From the human T2T-CHM13v2.0 reference genome, Homo sapiens, in NCBI RefSeq assembly GCF_009914755.1, contig NC_060942.1: DNA of 64,000 bases. The stretch is one strand, 5' to 3'. The notes under the pieces are model-generated. The model did not search any database and had not been told where the DNA came from. It saw nothing but the letters and a program-made list of their open reading frames with translations. A program made the translations under genes and the position numbers. This document shows positions 43,016-59,506 of the stretch, in pieces (position 1 is the first letter of the stretch; each line of letters opens with the position of its first letter).

Positions 43016-43128
43016 TATTAGGCTGGTACAAAAGTAATTACTTATTTAAACTATTAAACTTTAATAGTTTATTAACTTTAAACTATTAGGTTGATGCAAT
43101 TACTTTTGTAATTACTTTTGTAATTACT
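43016..43128. mobile_element. Rearranged MADE1 (mariner MITE) relic
   Basis: 'tattaggctggtacaaaagtaatt' and 'tattaggttgatgcaattacttttg' match MADE1 TIR pieces. Confidence 0.65.
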
Positions 43129-44432
43129 GGCAGTTTTCATAAGACAATGTAGCAACATTGAATTGATGATGGAAAACTAGTATGTTCATTATCTTTTCAT
43201 CTAGCAATAATCTCTCAATTGTCTTGTAATATCAAATCTTAAATTATATTTTTTCTTTCCTGTACACATCCTAACTTCCTTTAGCTTAGCGATTTTGTTA
43301 ATTATCTTTATTTCCAGAGACCACCTGAAAGCCCTCAGCGGATATTTAGTTGTTAAATAAGTGAATGAATGACTCCCTTTTAGTAAATCTCAATAGAAAC
43401 AATGAAAGAGGCCCATAAGGCTATATGGCTTATGGCTTAACAAGTCTAATTATTGAGTGTGACATGAACATTAGATATCATTTAAAGAGGGCATACATCA
43501 TCACGGAGTATAAAAATGGTTTCCATCCTTGTCATACAATTTTAAAGCAAAGACTTTATAATCAGACACCTGTCATCCATGCACTATAAGGGCAGGCTAC
43601 AATACAGTGATGTATGAAATTGACAAAGATGTCTGAGATTTAAACATGCATGCATATAAGATAATGCGAAGACTTTCGTTCATGTATTTTTTTAGGAACA
43701 GAGGTGCAAGATGAAAAATCGTATTTCATACCTCCTTTGAAGCTTCACATGATCATGATGTATGTCCCAGAGTTGCTCTGTAAGGACAGAAGCCAACCTG
43801 GGAGCCAGCCAGTGGAGAGACATATGTTAAAAGACTCAGAGCATATGGATATTACTGAAAACTGAAGCAGTAAATAAATAAACCATAAAGTGAAAACCGT
43901 ATGTGGTGATGAGATTTATTAATCAATGCCAATGATATAGAGGATAAAACTGTTTATCATCATTAATACAAGCACTTTGACTTCTTAGGGTATCTTCAGT
44001 AACTGAGCTCCACAAGTCAGAAATCATCTATAATTCCAGAAGCCGCCAGAAAATTAACTTCCTGGAGTATTTTAAGTTTGCTTAGATTCATGCATAAGTC
44101 AACTATTTCAAAATGTAAAATATTTAAAGCAAAGCACCTAGCTGTAAATCCAGTTAATTTCCAACAAGCAACTTAGCGAATAAATTCATGCAATAATAAA
44201 ATTAATGTGAAAGTGGTCAGGAAAGCTTTAAAAAGTACCTAACCCTCACATTCATTTGCTTATCAACATTCATGACTTTCCGTCCTCAACACTCACTTTG
44301 TGCTAATCACTGGGCTAGACAAAAAGTAAAATAAAATAAAAACTAGAAAAAATTGCTAACAATTCTTTAGTGCTAACCATACACAGAGCCTTTTGATGTT
44401 GTACGTGCATTATTTTTTAAAACCCTCAATAA

Positions 44433-44744
<312 letters not shown>

Positions 44745-44770
44745 AGTACTATTGTTATTCTTATTTGACA

Positions 44771-44963
44771 GGTCGTGTGGTGGGGGGAGGGGGGAGGGAT
44801 AGCATTAGGAGATAAACCTAATGTAAGTGACGAGTTACTGGGTGCAGCACACCAACATGGCACGTGTATACATATGTAACAAACCTGCACGTTGTGCACA
44901 TATACCCTAGAACTTATACTATAATTAAAAAAAAAAAAAAAACAGGACAAAAAAAAAAAAAAA
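44771..44963 (+). mobile_element. L1PA 3' terminus (severely 5'-truncated)
   Basis: G-tract 'ggggggagggggggagggatagcattaggaga...aacctgcacgttgtgcacat' plus poly-A. Confidence 0.95.
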
Positions 44964-45093
44964 GGAAAATTGAGGCGCAGCGCATGTAACCTGCCTTAGA
45001 TGACGCTGGTTGTGGGCAGGGAAGCCTGGCTTTCCATCCTGATGATGGGATCACAGAATCTCCACTTTTAAACAGTCCTTTATCCTGATCTTC

Positions 45094-45530
45094 AAAGCCA
45101 AGCACGGAAAGACAAACATGGTATGGTCTCACTTACTTGTGAGATCTAAAAATCAAAACAATTGAACTCATGGCATAGAGAGTAGAAGGTTGGTTACCAG
45201 AGGCTGGGAACGGTAGCTGGGGGCTTGGGGGGAGGTGAGGATGGTTGATGGGTAGAAAAAAATAGAATGAATAAGACCTACTATTTGATAGCACAAGAGG
45301 GTGACTGTAGTCAATAACAACTTAATTGTACATTTGAAAATAACTAAAAGGGTGTTACTGGATTGTTTGTAACTGAAAGAATAAATGCTTGAGGGGATGG
45401 ACATCCATTCCCCATCATGTGTTTGTTTCACATCACAGGCCGGGATCAAAACATCTCCGGCACCCCATAAATACAGATACCTACTATGTACCCACAAAAA
45501 TTAAATAAATAAATAAATAAATAAAACTTA
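45094..45530 (+). mobile_element. L1MA 3' end
   Basis: 'aaaaatcaaaacaattgaactcatgg...cctactatgtacccacaaaaattaaataaa'. Confidence 0.9.
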
Positions 45531-48500
45531 AAAAGTGTGTTAATGGGCAATTATGACACCAATTGTTATAACAGAACTAAACACAGAGGGAAGAGGAAAC
45601 ATAGTAAATAAAAGTTAGTTTATTTAACATTAATAAAAGAGTCAGGGAAGCTTTGTCAGAGAAGAAGAGTGAACTCATCCAGCTTCCCACAAAAAGATTA
45701 GACCATTTTTAGCCAAATGATAAAATGGGAGTCAAGCTGGCAGAGGGGCATTTCAGCCTGATGATAGAACGTGTGTGAAGGCTTAAAAGTAAGGATGGGT
45801 TTGGCAGGTTCAAGTAAAAACAGCAGCTCCATTGACTGCGAGCCAGTTAAAGGAAAGGAATGCCTTCTGAGCGGGGTTGGGAGGAGCTGGACTGGACACA
45901 GGTCGGGACGTGGCCACAAATGGGCCAGGGGAAAGGCCAATGTCATCTTCGGGGCTGTCAGTTTCAAGTAAAAGGGAAAGGATGCCACATTTGGATTTTA
46001 GGAAGAAAAACATACTGTGCATCAGAATGGATCAGAGAGGACAACAATAAAGACGGAAAAATGATAAATTGTGAAAAATCCAAGTGTAAGATATTCAAGT
46101 AGTGACAGGGGAAATGGAAGTGAAAGCGTAAACAAATATTGGGGATTGGAGATGTAAATTTGTTAGGTCTTGGGCCAGTATGAGATTACAGGAAAGAGAG
46201 GGAGGGAGAGAATTCAGATTTCTGACATGGGAAGGGGATGCATAGGGTTTTCGTCAGGAATGTTTAGGATTCAGAAGGAAGAAGAGATGGTTGGGAAGTG
46301 TGCAGGAAAGGGAGGATGGCATCTGCTCTCCAGGCGTTATTCTGCCCTGAGAATCCTGGATGAAAATATCTAGGAATTGTGTCTTAATCTGGCTGGAGTG
46401 TGTGCAAAATGCCAAAGCAGTGGTTAATTCAAACAAAAGCAGTGAAAAAAAATCAGATAAATATCAAGTGATTAAAGTAATTTCAATCATTTAAAGTAAA
46501 AAATAATCAGTTTGTGTTAAATAATTGCCACTATACCAGTGTCATGGACTTTGTGTTGTGATTACTTTTAAGCATTTTGACCCACTGTGATTATGGCCCA
46601 GGTCTCAGAATTTCCTATGTCTTTACAAAATAATTATTTTGGGACCAGATTAAAACACTAGTAAGTATTTTCACATCTGTATTGGAGTAAAAGATGCAAG
46701 CAGCTAAAAACTAATTTTTTTTGAGAATTTTTAAATAAAATAAATGTGTTGGTTTTTATAAGCTACAATATTTAACATTATATAGAGTTTAAGTTTTTAT
46801 AAAGCATGTTCACATTTTCTTAGTTAATGCTTAAATTAAGCTTTTGAGGAACGTAGTGTTACAACCAGTTTATAAGTGAGGAAACTGACTTTCTAAGATT
46901 TTATCTTATAATTTTTTCTGTCCAAAATTAATCAGCTAATATGCAGAGTCAGGCCATTATTTTAGTCTCAGTATTTAGATCATATATTCTATTCTCTTTT
47001 TCTACCTAAGTGAACATTTAAAGTATTAAAGTATTTATTTAGTAGTAGGACTTCTGATTCAAAATACTGTCTTCTGAAGACTCTAGGATAATTATGGCAA
47101 GGAACTAAAATGGGAAATACATCTATGATAGCAAAAAAATTTAGAAATGAGCCACACGGAGGAGAGACATATCAACACATTTATGGAAGACAAAATTACA
47201 TGGAAATTTGGAATTAATGGTTTATAGTGAAGACAACACTGTAGAATCCGTCAGCAATGATGATGTCTGCCGATCTTCATGGTGGGACCCCAGGACAACA
47301 TTTCGAGTTTCTAAGGCTCCAGCGAGAGAGGAAGAGTGAAGCATGGCTGAAACAGGGTCACTAAGTGAAAGCCTACCCACAAAAACCATCTTTACCCACT
47401 GTGCATCATCCCAAAGCATTCGGGATGAACATAGGCACAAAACGAAGACGCCACATTTTGAGCTGTCGATCATGATTGAAATATTCTCAATCTTGAAAAT
47501 GTGAAAACAAATCCACAGTTGGCTATAGTTGGACAGTCAGAAAGGATCGACAGTTGTGTTCAGTGAGGCATAAACACCTTTATTTTGTGCAGAGGAAAAC
47601 CAAGAGATACTTTCGAATATTAATTTGCCAACAAATAGAGGGTTAAGTGAAAGCTTAAAGCTAACACGTAAGCCATAGAACTAAAAATAATATAACTGGA
47701 CAAAATGAGAATGAAGAGATAAAGTCGAGGGGGATAATGTAAAAAAGAAAAAATTTATGTTTCAAAATTCAAAGGGATAGGTACTGTTAAGAATTATTAC
47801 ATTGAAAAATTGATGCATGCTTGTATCATTTACAGTTGTTGAAGCATCAACCATGAGAAGTAAGAAACAGGAAAGTGGAAAAGTGTAGCCTCTGTGAATG
47901 AAAATGGAGTGGGCACAAGTGAACGGGAGACCATTGCTTTTTACAAAAATGTATCTTTTATATCAAAATATTCCATAATGTACAAATTATTTCATGTGCA
48001 TAATATATTTTGATAAAAATAAAGGCATTAGTCACCTTACAAAACATATTGTCCTCCATATTTTCTTCTTCACTTTTGTCTTGTGATAATATCTATTGCT
48101 TTCTAACTTTGAAAGTTAAACATTTTGTCAAAAGCATAATGCAATTTAAAAATTTTCAAGAGTTTTAACTGATTTGAGTCAGAACACAAAACCGGTTTTT
48201 TAGATTGATTTTCCTTGCTCAATGATCTTCATATATCCAACTAATCTTTGACCTCATCACATTGCATAATATCCTTTGTGTTGTCTGTCTTATATTCTTT
48301 TACGGTCAAATGCAGAAGAAGCCAAGGTAATTAAAATAAACAGAAAGAAGCAAACAAAAGCAGCAGCTGAGACCAAGATACCTGCAGGGGTTGGGAGGAT
48401 CCTTTGCCAAGTGTGGCCTGGGCCAGGGCCAGCACTCAGACCTCAAAGATCAGCAGGTCTGCATGCAAAAATATGAACAATCAGAAAAATGGTCTAAGCC

Positions 48501-49347
48501 AGTGAATTTAGAAGTATGATTTGTTTTAGAACTTGTCATTTAATTCCTCATTTTTAAAAAATTAATTGGAATAGTTACTTTGGAACAAGAGAGAAAATCC
48601 CAATGTACAAATTTTTGTTCATTTAGTAAACAGTCATTTAATATCTACATATGTAAGCACTTTTTCAGGTTCTTAGAATATCTCAGTGAAGAACACAGGT
48701 AAAGACCCTGTCTCAGTAACAAATTAGAAAGAACTATGGCTGTCCTCAGATTATTTGAATATAGAGTCAAATTGTTAAAGTCTAATTGTTGTGTCTTTAC
48801 TGGGTTTATCATAAGCATACACTTACAATTACTAAACTACACAGATATTATATACAACAAAGAATTAATATTGCTTAAAAGGCATAAACCACAACTGATA
48901 AAACAAGTGTAACAATACAACTCTTAGAAGGTTAGAAATGGAACCATCACACGATGTTAATGAGTCAGAACAGCTGCTACCTGTTAATGAGTTTAAGAAT
49001 AAAAAAGAAGCAATACCAACACTCTATCAATATAGTAAATGGCTCAATCCCCTAGTTATTAAGCAATACATAATAAAACAGCAATTAGATGATGAAATTT
49101 ATGAATTTAGGGTTTTAAATTTATTTAACAATCTCAGCTGTGGCTGTGTTAAAACACGCCAGACATTAATTAAACATTTTACCAATATTACTACGCTAAT
49201 TCTCATAACATTCTGAGGATGAGGTACTTTACACTCCCACTTTGCAGATGAGACAATTCAGACACAGTTTGAAAAACTTGACCAGAACACACCTCTAGTA
49301 CATGGTGGAGCTGAGATTAGAAGCCAGGTAGTTTAGCTTTGGTGTAT

Positions 49348-49657
<310 letters not shown>

Positions 49658-50246
49658 TAGTGTATTTTTAACCACAACACTATACTTGGAGGAAAAGTGG
49701 CCTCTGACTAGTTGCTCTTAGGAGCATAAATTGTTACAACTTTTAAAAAGGAATATAACAGTGGATATTAACATTTATAATGCACATCTTTTGAACTAGT
49801 GGCAAAAAAATAAAAATAAAAATAACACACACACACACCACCACCTCAGAAATAGGCAGACTGATTAAGAACAGGTAAAGTTTAAATAAATTATAACACA
49901 TCCACTCAAAATGACCCATGTGTCTATTAAAATAAAGCAGGTTTGATATAAATGTGTACTCCAAAGGGTCATTAATAGTATATGATCAAGGCCCCCCAAA
50001 AAAGCAAACCAGATACTAAAAAGTAATATTGAATATAATCCATTTTTATAGAAAACAAAACACTATCTGTGCATATATATTTGCATTTACTCAGCGCGTG
50101 ATCAAAGTAAAATCATGGGACAATGCATGCTACACTGTTAACATTGATTATTTGAAAGTCTGAGACTGAAGAAAAGGATATTAATCAATAACAATATTGG
50201 CTAAAGTGCATTGAGTGCTTACCATTTGCTTTAAGAGACCAGGATA

Positions 50247-51560
<1,314 letters not shown>

Positions 51561-52759
51561 GAAGGAAAGTGGGGAAACAGATCACGAAATAACAGTGAAC
51601 TCAGCATTCACAGTGGGACATCCCGTTTCAGCTCATGGCTCCTATTATCACGTGTATGCTAACTATTCCTCTCTCTAGCTTTCTCTTTTACATGTTACCT
51701 AAATTCTTAGTGGCACAGATGCTCCAGAGCCTCCTTTTCTCAACCTAAGTTTCGTCCAAATTTCCTAGGTAAGGCAATGACACCCTTCTAGTTTTTCCCT
51801 GTAACTTGCAAGGAAAATCCAGAATTCATTTTTAAGTGATTCCTTTTCTCACAGGTCTGCATTCAATCAAATGACCAATTTATGTCTGCAATCTCTCTCC
51901 TTTCCACTCCCAATGTCATTACTCTAACTTAGATAATTGTAGAGTAGGGTATTTGTGACATGATGGCAACAGCAGTTTAATGGTGAGAAGTTAAATGGAA
52001 AAGAACGAAGCACACCAAATTGGTAGCAAATATTGTTAGGGTTAAAACATTAATTAGTATAAGTAGAGAAAAGCAGTGTCGGAATGGACTCTTCCTTCTA
52101 GGTAATAACTCAGGAATTCTGAATTTGAGTCTTTTCAGAGCAGTATGCACCATTTTAGTGTTGCATGCAAGTCTATTTCACGTTTCATTATTGTGTTAAT
52201 ACAAACAGGGTGCTTTACTAACGGCAAGTATATGAATGAATTCAAAATGAGGCATTTTAAATTTATCTATATATAGTTACTGATTTTAGTATTGAATAGT
52301 GGGATTAAGGATTATTTTAAAGACACAACAAAATAATGGCTGAATTGTTTAAAATTAGTATATTATTTAACACAAATTATTAAAAAAGATAACCTAAATG
52401 ATTATACTTTCTGCTCAAAACCAAAATAATCAAGTTAACCCATTGCCCAATAAACATCTTAATTGAGTCATTCTTTAATAATGGTGATTATCTGAACTGA
52501 GTATTCACATGTGTTTGCACATGGGATTCCTTCCTTTGAACCATTCTTCTTTTCTGCTTTTTATTATGATGAAATCTTACTCAGTGAAGGTAACTTCTCT
52601 TTGAAAATATCTGATTTAGATCACTTTATGTTCTCAGGAATAAATCAATGCATACACAATATACATAATATATAAGACAGTGATAAATAATATAGAGAAA
52701 AAATGCAGGTGGAGATATGGATTTCTGGGTTGTGGATGAAGGAAGTCATTGCAATATTA

Positions 52760-53690
52760 AATAAGATGTCACTTTACACCTGTTAGAATGCTTACTACCA
52801 TGAAAACAAAAAATTAGCGATGGCGAAGATGAGAAGGAAAGGGGACACATGTTTGCTGTTGATGTAAAATGATGCAGCCACTATGGAAAACAGTTGGGAG
52901 ATTTCTCAAAAAATTAAAAATATAACTATCATAAGACTCAGCAATTTGAATCTTGGATATATTTCCAAATGAATTGAAACCAGGATTTCAAAGAGATGTA
53001 CACTTCAACGCTCATGGCAGCATTATTCACAAGAGCAAGATATAGAAACAATGTAAATATCCATCAGTGAAAAAACTGATAAAGAAAATGTAGTATATAC
53101 ATAGAGTGGAATTTTCTTTGGCCTTTAAAAAGATAGAAATCTTGCTATTTGCAACAACATTGATAAACCTGGAGGATGTTTTACTAAATGAAATAAGCGA
53201 GACACAAGGTAAATACTGAATGATACTACATAGATGGGGAACCTAAAATTGTCAAACTCAGAATGTGGAAGTGGAACAGTGGTTGCCAGGTGCTGGGTGA
53301 AGGGGAAAATAGATCTCTGTCAAAGGTTACAAAGTTATAAAGATGGATAAATCCTGGAGATCCACTGTACAGCATGGTGCCTATAGTTAGAAATACTATA
53401 CAGCTAACTGTATATTTATGCCAGTATAAATACTGGCATAAGCGCTAGAAAGGAAGATCTTCTGTTAACTGTTCTTATCACAAAGTAATAATAATAATAA
53501 ATAATAAGTAAAGAGGGAGGGAAGAAACTTTTGGAGGTAAGAGATATATTTATGGCATTGATTTTGATGATCGTTTTATGGTTGTATACTTACCTCCAAA
53601 CTCATCAAGTTGTACACATTAAATATGTACAGCTCTCTGTATGTCAATCGGAGCTGAATAGTGTGTTTCTTTTGTAAATCAATAAATAAG
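52760..53690 (+). mobile_element. L1MA10/L1MB-like 3' end
   Basis: 'gcagccactatggaaaacagt', 'aaacttttggaggtaagagatatatttatggc...ctcatcaagttgtacacattaaatatgtacagc'. Confidence 0.9.
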
Positions 53691-54597
53691 GCAGTCTCAC
53701 AAGACTTCGTAAAGAAGGTGGCATTTGAAATACAACTATTGGTTTATTTTTCATATTTCCACCCTAAATTAAGCTAGAATAAACTATAATATCTTTTTTA
53801 ATCACCAAGTATGTGTTGTTATTGAAAAGCACTGATGCTTGATCAAAGATGATTTTGACTACAGTATATTTAGGATTTAGTGTATCCTAATTTCTTTGGG
53901 ATAACTGATGTTTTTTGATACATACAAACTAAAAATATTCTGAAAAAAAAATCCAGCTGGAATAGATCAAAAATCCATATTAAACCTTAACTATATCCTG
54001 AGATTGTTTTAGTGAATTATGTTTAATTTCTTGTTTGACCTTGCCATTAGCTATAGTAAAATGATTTTGAAAACTCTCAAGGTAACATGGATTTTCAAAG
54101 CATCTGCAAGGGATGTTAATGATGCCTTGAATCATTATATTCGTCAACATAAAGATAAGCCAGGATGTTTGTCAAACTATTAAATAAATTAGTTACAGAC
54201 ATGGAGGAAACTCAAGGCAACTAGCAATTTATTTTGGATTCTGTACATTTAGCAGATTTGAGCATGGAGTAGAACAGGCAGAGGCTATCTTGTAGAATTA
54301 TTCAGTCTGGCATTCGTATTGAACTGGAAATCCCAGCATACATCTAGTTTATGTCTAAGATTTTTGCAGTAATCACTTCTCACTTCAAGTATTGCAGTCA
54401 GTAGTAGTGGAGTTGCTGTAGGTGAAGCTTGACAGAGCCAGCACTAACATACATTTTCCTTCCTCTGCCTTTCCCTCCTCCAACTCCTCTTCCTTTTTCT
54501 CCCTCTTCATTCCTCTCCCCCTCATCCTCCTCCTCATCCTGCCACTCCTTCTCTTTGCTCTACTCTGTCTCCCTCTCCTCCATTTTCTCTCTCTCTC

Positions 54598-54900
54598 TTT
54601 TTTTTTTTTTTTTATACAGGGTCTGACTCTGTCACCCAGGCTGGAGTGCAGTGGTGCAATCCTAGCTCATAAAGCCTCGACCTCCTGGCACAAGCAATTC
54701 TCCCACCTCAGCCTCTCCAGTAGCTGGGACCACAGGCGTGCACCACCATGCCTTGCTAATTTAATTTAATACAATTTTTTTTTTTTTTTTTTTTTGTAGA
54801 GACAGGGTCTTGCTATGTTTCCCAGGCTGGTATCGAACTCCTGGCTTCAACTGATCCTCCTTCCTTGGGCTCCCAAAATGCTGGGAACACAGGCATGACC
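54598..54900 (-). mobile_element. AluJ flanked by CT-rich low-complexity DNA (54455-54960)
   Basis: Antisense dimer with expanded middle poly-T. Confidence 0.93.
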
Positions 54901-55709
54901 TCTCCTTCTTTTCTTCTTCTCTTTTCCCTTTTCACTCCCGCCTCCTCTTCTTCCTCCCCACATTATCATCATACAATCATTTTGAAGACCCCCTTACAGA
55001 AGAGTAACTCCTGTGAGCTCTACACATATAAGTGACTTGGTGGCTGTCATCTTTTCTAGTTTGTTGCCAAGGTAATACACAATGTAGAATGCTCAGAAAT
55101 AGACATTGCAACTATCATAACAAATGGCCTATGTAAGCTGAGCTTATGATCAAGTGGACCTGATTGCTGAAGCAGTGGAAGCATTCTGCCATTTCTTTTC
55201 AGATGCTTCAATTTTCCAAACTGTAAATCTTAAGCTGGTGACTACCTCTCTCACATTTCTAGAATGAGATAATATTTTCTCAGATTTGATTTTTCGTGTT
55301 TGTTTTTCTTTCCATTTTTGGGAGCAAGACTTTCTAGGACATTTAGTGGGGACACTCTTCTATTTTTCTTTTATTTTGAGAACCAGCAGACAGTTGTTCC
55401 TCTTAAGGAGAAAAAAGAGAAAAATGATGGGGGATTGGGCAGGCCCTCTGTAGAGAATTTTTATTTCTCAAGGGGCCATACTGTAAACAAAGCAGCCTCA
55501 TGCCTAGAGCAGCAGTAACAAAACTGAGATAGTCCAGAAAAAGCAAACAGAAAAATGCGACCTTCTTTACAAGGCTATGAAGCAAGGGCCTGTGCAACAC
55601 AGAAAGGAGAGGTTTGGGACACAGCGGGAAGAGTCCTGGTCCCAGGCCTGGCTCCACCCTCAGCTCACACCACACAAGGTCACAACATCTCTGGGGCTTT
55701 GCTGCCTAA

Positions 55710-56095
<386 letters not shown>

Positions 56096-59000
56096 TGACA
56101 GGAATGTATTTCCATGCGTGATGAAAGATATAAAATAACATGGAGTCATTAGGCTTAGGAATTAGAAATTATGTGCTCCATGTGAAAGGTACTAAAATGA
56201 AAAAGCAAAAACTAACGTGCAGGCCAATAAAGCATCAGCCACAGCTGCAGGATAAATAAAAGAAAATGTATGCTTTGGAAGTAAATATCTTTTAACCTCT
56301 ATATAGGCTATATTTTGTATTTACGTAACTATTTGCTAAGCTTACCTTACAGATATAATTTTTTTTCTAATTTTTACTTAGGTTAGCCCCAAAGTATATA
56401 CTGTAAACCAGCTATCTCTTGTTATAGAAATGTTTACCAAAAGAGCTACAGACTTAGCAGCTACTAAGTATAATAAATATAAATCTTTATAAATCAGTGA
56501 ATATCTATACCTGTATCTATATGTGCGTATGTATGTTTGTATCCCTAAACAGAGCTTGTTTGACCGCAGTGAAATTTATGAAAACTTGAAAACAGGTGAA
56601 ATCATATTTTTGTCTTTGAGATGATCACTGTAGTTAAATTAAATATAACTAATTTTATAGCACTTCATATTTTAGATAATTTGGCTAATCCAAGACTAAC
56701 TTGATCTTGTATTTAATTTTTTTCACTTATTACTGAACCAGATTGTCAATAACTAAGTTGTTTAAATCAATGTTAATAATAATTAGACGACTAAATCAAT
56801 GTTAATAATAATGACCACTATTATGCCGGTAGTCATTTGTCCATATTTACACCATGGGAATTAAGTAGGTAGGATTTTATTTTCTATTCATGAGAAATCA
56901 AGAATTAATCTGTAGTTATGCTGCATGGGTCAGCTCTGACATACAGGTGCAAAGTCATCTGCTTCCTTTTGCTTTCTTTTCATCAGTTTATTTTTTCCCC
57001 ATTCTAAATTTCTCTTCTCTCACCATGCTCTTACCCTTAACTTCCACTAGAAATTCCTCCTAAGTGATCTACATCCTAGGGCTTCAAAGAGTATTTGTGG
57101 AAGATCATTAGCATCTAGTTGAGGCTTTCCTATAACAGTCACAATGTGACATGCATGTTTCAATAGAGATTTATGCAAAAATGCACAAACCAATATCTCA
57201 TTCCGTAATTTATTGTTCTGTCAGGAAGAAAAAATCCAATGAGAATTATCACTGAAATATTTAAGAATATAACCTCATTTGAATAACAGAAAACCTGCTT
57301 TTCTAAATACTAAAAACTAACATTGATTTTATGCAAAACTGGGTCATTTCTATTCCCAATATTTTGCATATGCAATTATTCCCAAATGAAATGCCTTCTC
57401 CTTTAATCCAATTTCGTTTACTTTCTTCATAACCCATATACAAACACCCCATTTACAAAAACAAAAAATATTTTGCTATTTACTCTAAATTTTTTTACTC
57501 ATTTAGTCACTATCCTCTCAATGCGTTCAATGTTTCTTCTTGTCTATTTACACTGGTACTAACTTGGAATTCTGGCACTCAATACTTGTAGAAAGAATGA
57601 ATGAAAGAACACAAGATGTTTTGGGTGCATATAATTATACACCACCTTATTTTTCACTCAGGAGGGTAATTTCCTTCCATTGTTACTTTGTAAATGGATT
57701 GTAATGAATTTATAAGTCACATGGCTTTGTTTCTCACTGGTAAAGCTATCTCCTTCCCTACTACCAGCTGCCTCCCCGAGTCACTGTCCTGTTAACAGGC
57801 GCTACAGGAATCTGAAATCTGTTAAACTGACGCACAGGAAAATTATCTTAATTTGCTACACCAGTGAGAGCTGACAGATTGCAGGGCAATAAGGTCGATT
57901 TAACGTAATGCTTCAAAATATATGCCCACTTGATGAAAACATTGTAGTGAAGATTGTGTAGTTATATTGAAATAAGTGGAGGTTTTGATGCTTTGATAAT
58001 TCTTAGGCATTTTTATAAAATATCTTCCAACATTCAAATATAATTTCTGAAACTTATTAAAAATTTAAGTGTAATTCCCAGGTTATGGATGCTTCTACAA
58101 ACCTTTATTAAATTTCCTTGTGGAAACAAAAGTTAATCCTGAAGTTTGTCTTTACATGATTTACAAAAATGGTACTTAGGTTTCACACAAAAATGTAATC
58201 AAGTGATCAAACTGTCCGTAACAAACCTTTTATAGGAATTGCACTGTCTTCGTTTTCATTTTTCATTTCCTACAATCTTTCTTAATTTGAAATGGCAGCT
58301 ATTCTATGTCTCTAGGGTATAGCAGTCCTACTCTGGAGCATAATCTTTTAAATCCTGCTTGTAACATATTTCCAACGGGCACATTGTTGCAGAAATACCA
58401 ATGACTGATAGCTGTGATGCTGCTCCTGGTGGGATCAATTTGATCAAGATCCCAATTCTGAATGAGGGCTTTAGCAACCAGAAGTAATTTTTCTAATGCT
58501 GACTAATGAAAAAGCAAGTAAAAGATGGATTAACTATGCCAAATTCATTGATTTTTTGCTTCACAAGTAACCACAGATATAAATATTTTGGAGTTGATCA
58601 AACAGGCTTTCAGTGACAGAGCAATAACAGGTGACCTTCTCCTTAGGGGAGGAGCTCTTAGGTGTTTGCACCGTATTATCTGCTTTCACACAACACCTTG
58701 AGAAAATGTTTAAGATGGATGAAAAGAAGCTGAAAAACAAATTTTGAATAAATTATAGATATAAACTTGATGATTGAAATTCCAGGATAATAAATCATTA
58801 AAGCATGGCACAATTCCTCAGTGTGTACACCCTTTCTCTTGCCTAGCCCATCCCCTCACACAGCTTTGAATCGCTCCTCTGTGAGGACATTGCCTTCATT
58901 TTATCTCCAGCTTCATTTGAAATCGAGGGCCGCATTTCTACCTGCTTAACGGCTATCTCCTCTTGTGTTCTCCTGAGATGTCAACACCAGGATATCTCCC

Positions 59001-59154
59001 AAATCTCATTCGTTCATGCCTTTCATTCATTTAAATTGAAATGTTGAATTTGTGATCAGTGGTAGGCTCTCTATTGAGGGCCCAAATACTATTAAAATGC
59101 TACCCTCTTGCTTCAATGCTAATGCAGCTGAGTCTAGGTTAGTATAAACAACAT

Positions 59155-59506
59155 TTTTTATTTTTTTGTTTTATTTTGTTTGTTTTGTTTTGTTTTGTTA
59201 TCGTTGTTGCTGTTGTTTTTATTTTTGAGGCAGAGTCTCACTTTGTTTCCCAGGCTGAAATGCAGTGGCACGATCACACCTCATTGCAGCTTTGACCTCC
59301 TGGGCTCTAGTGATCCTCCCAGTTCAGCCTCTCAAGTCCCTGAACTACAGATGCAAACCACCATATGCTGCTAATTTTTGTATTTTCTGTAGAGACGCGA
59401 TTTCGCTTTGTTGTCTAGACTGGTCTCGAACTCCTGGGCTCAAGAAATCCTCCCACCTCAGCACCCAAAAGTGCTGAAACTGCAGGTGTGAGCCACTGCA
59501 CCTGGC
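59155..59506 (-). mobile_element. AluJ
   Basis: Diverged antisense dimer; (TTTTG)n tail. Confidence 0.93.

Noticed and set aside
54422-54769. Hydrophobic, signal-peptide-like ORF
   Set aside because: Translation of CT-rich low-complexity DNA plus an Alu.
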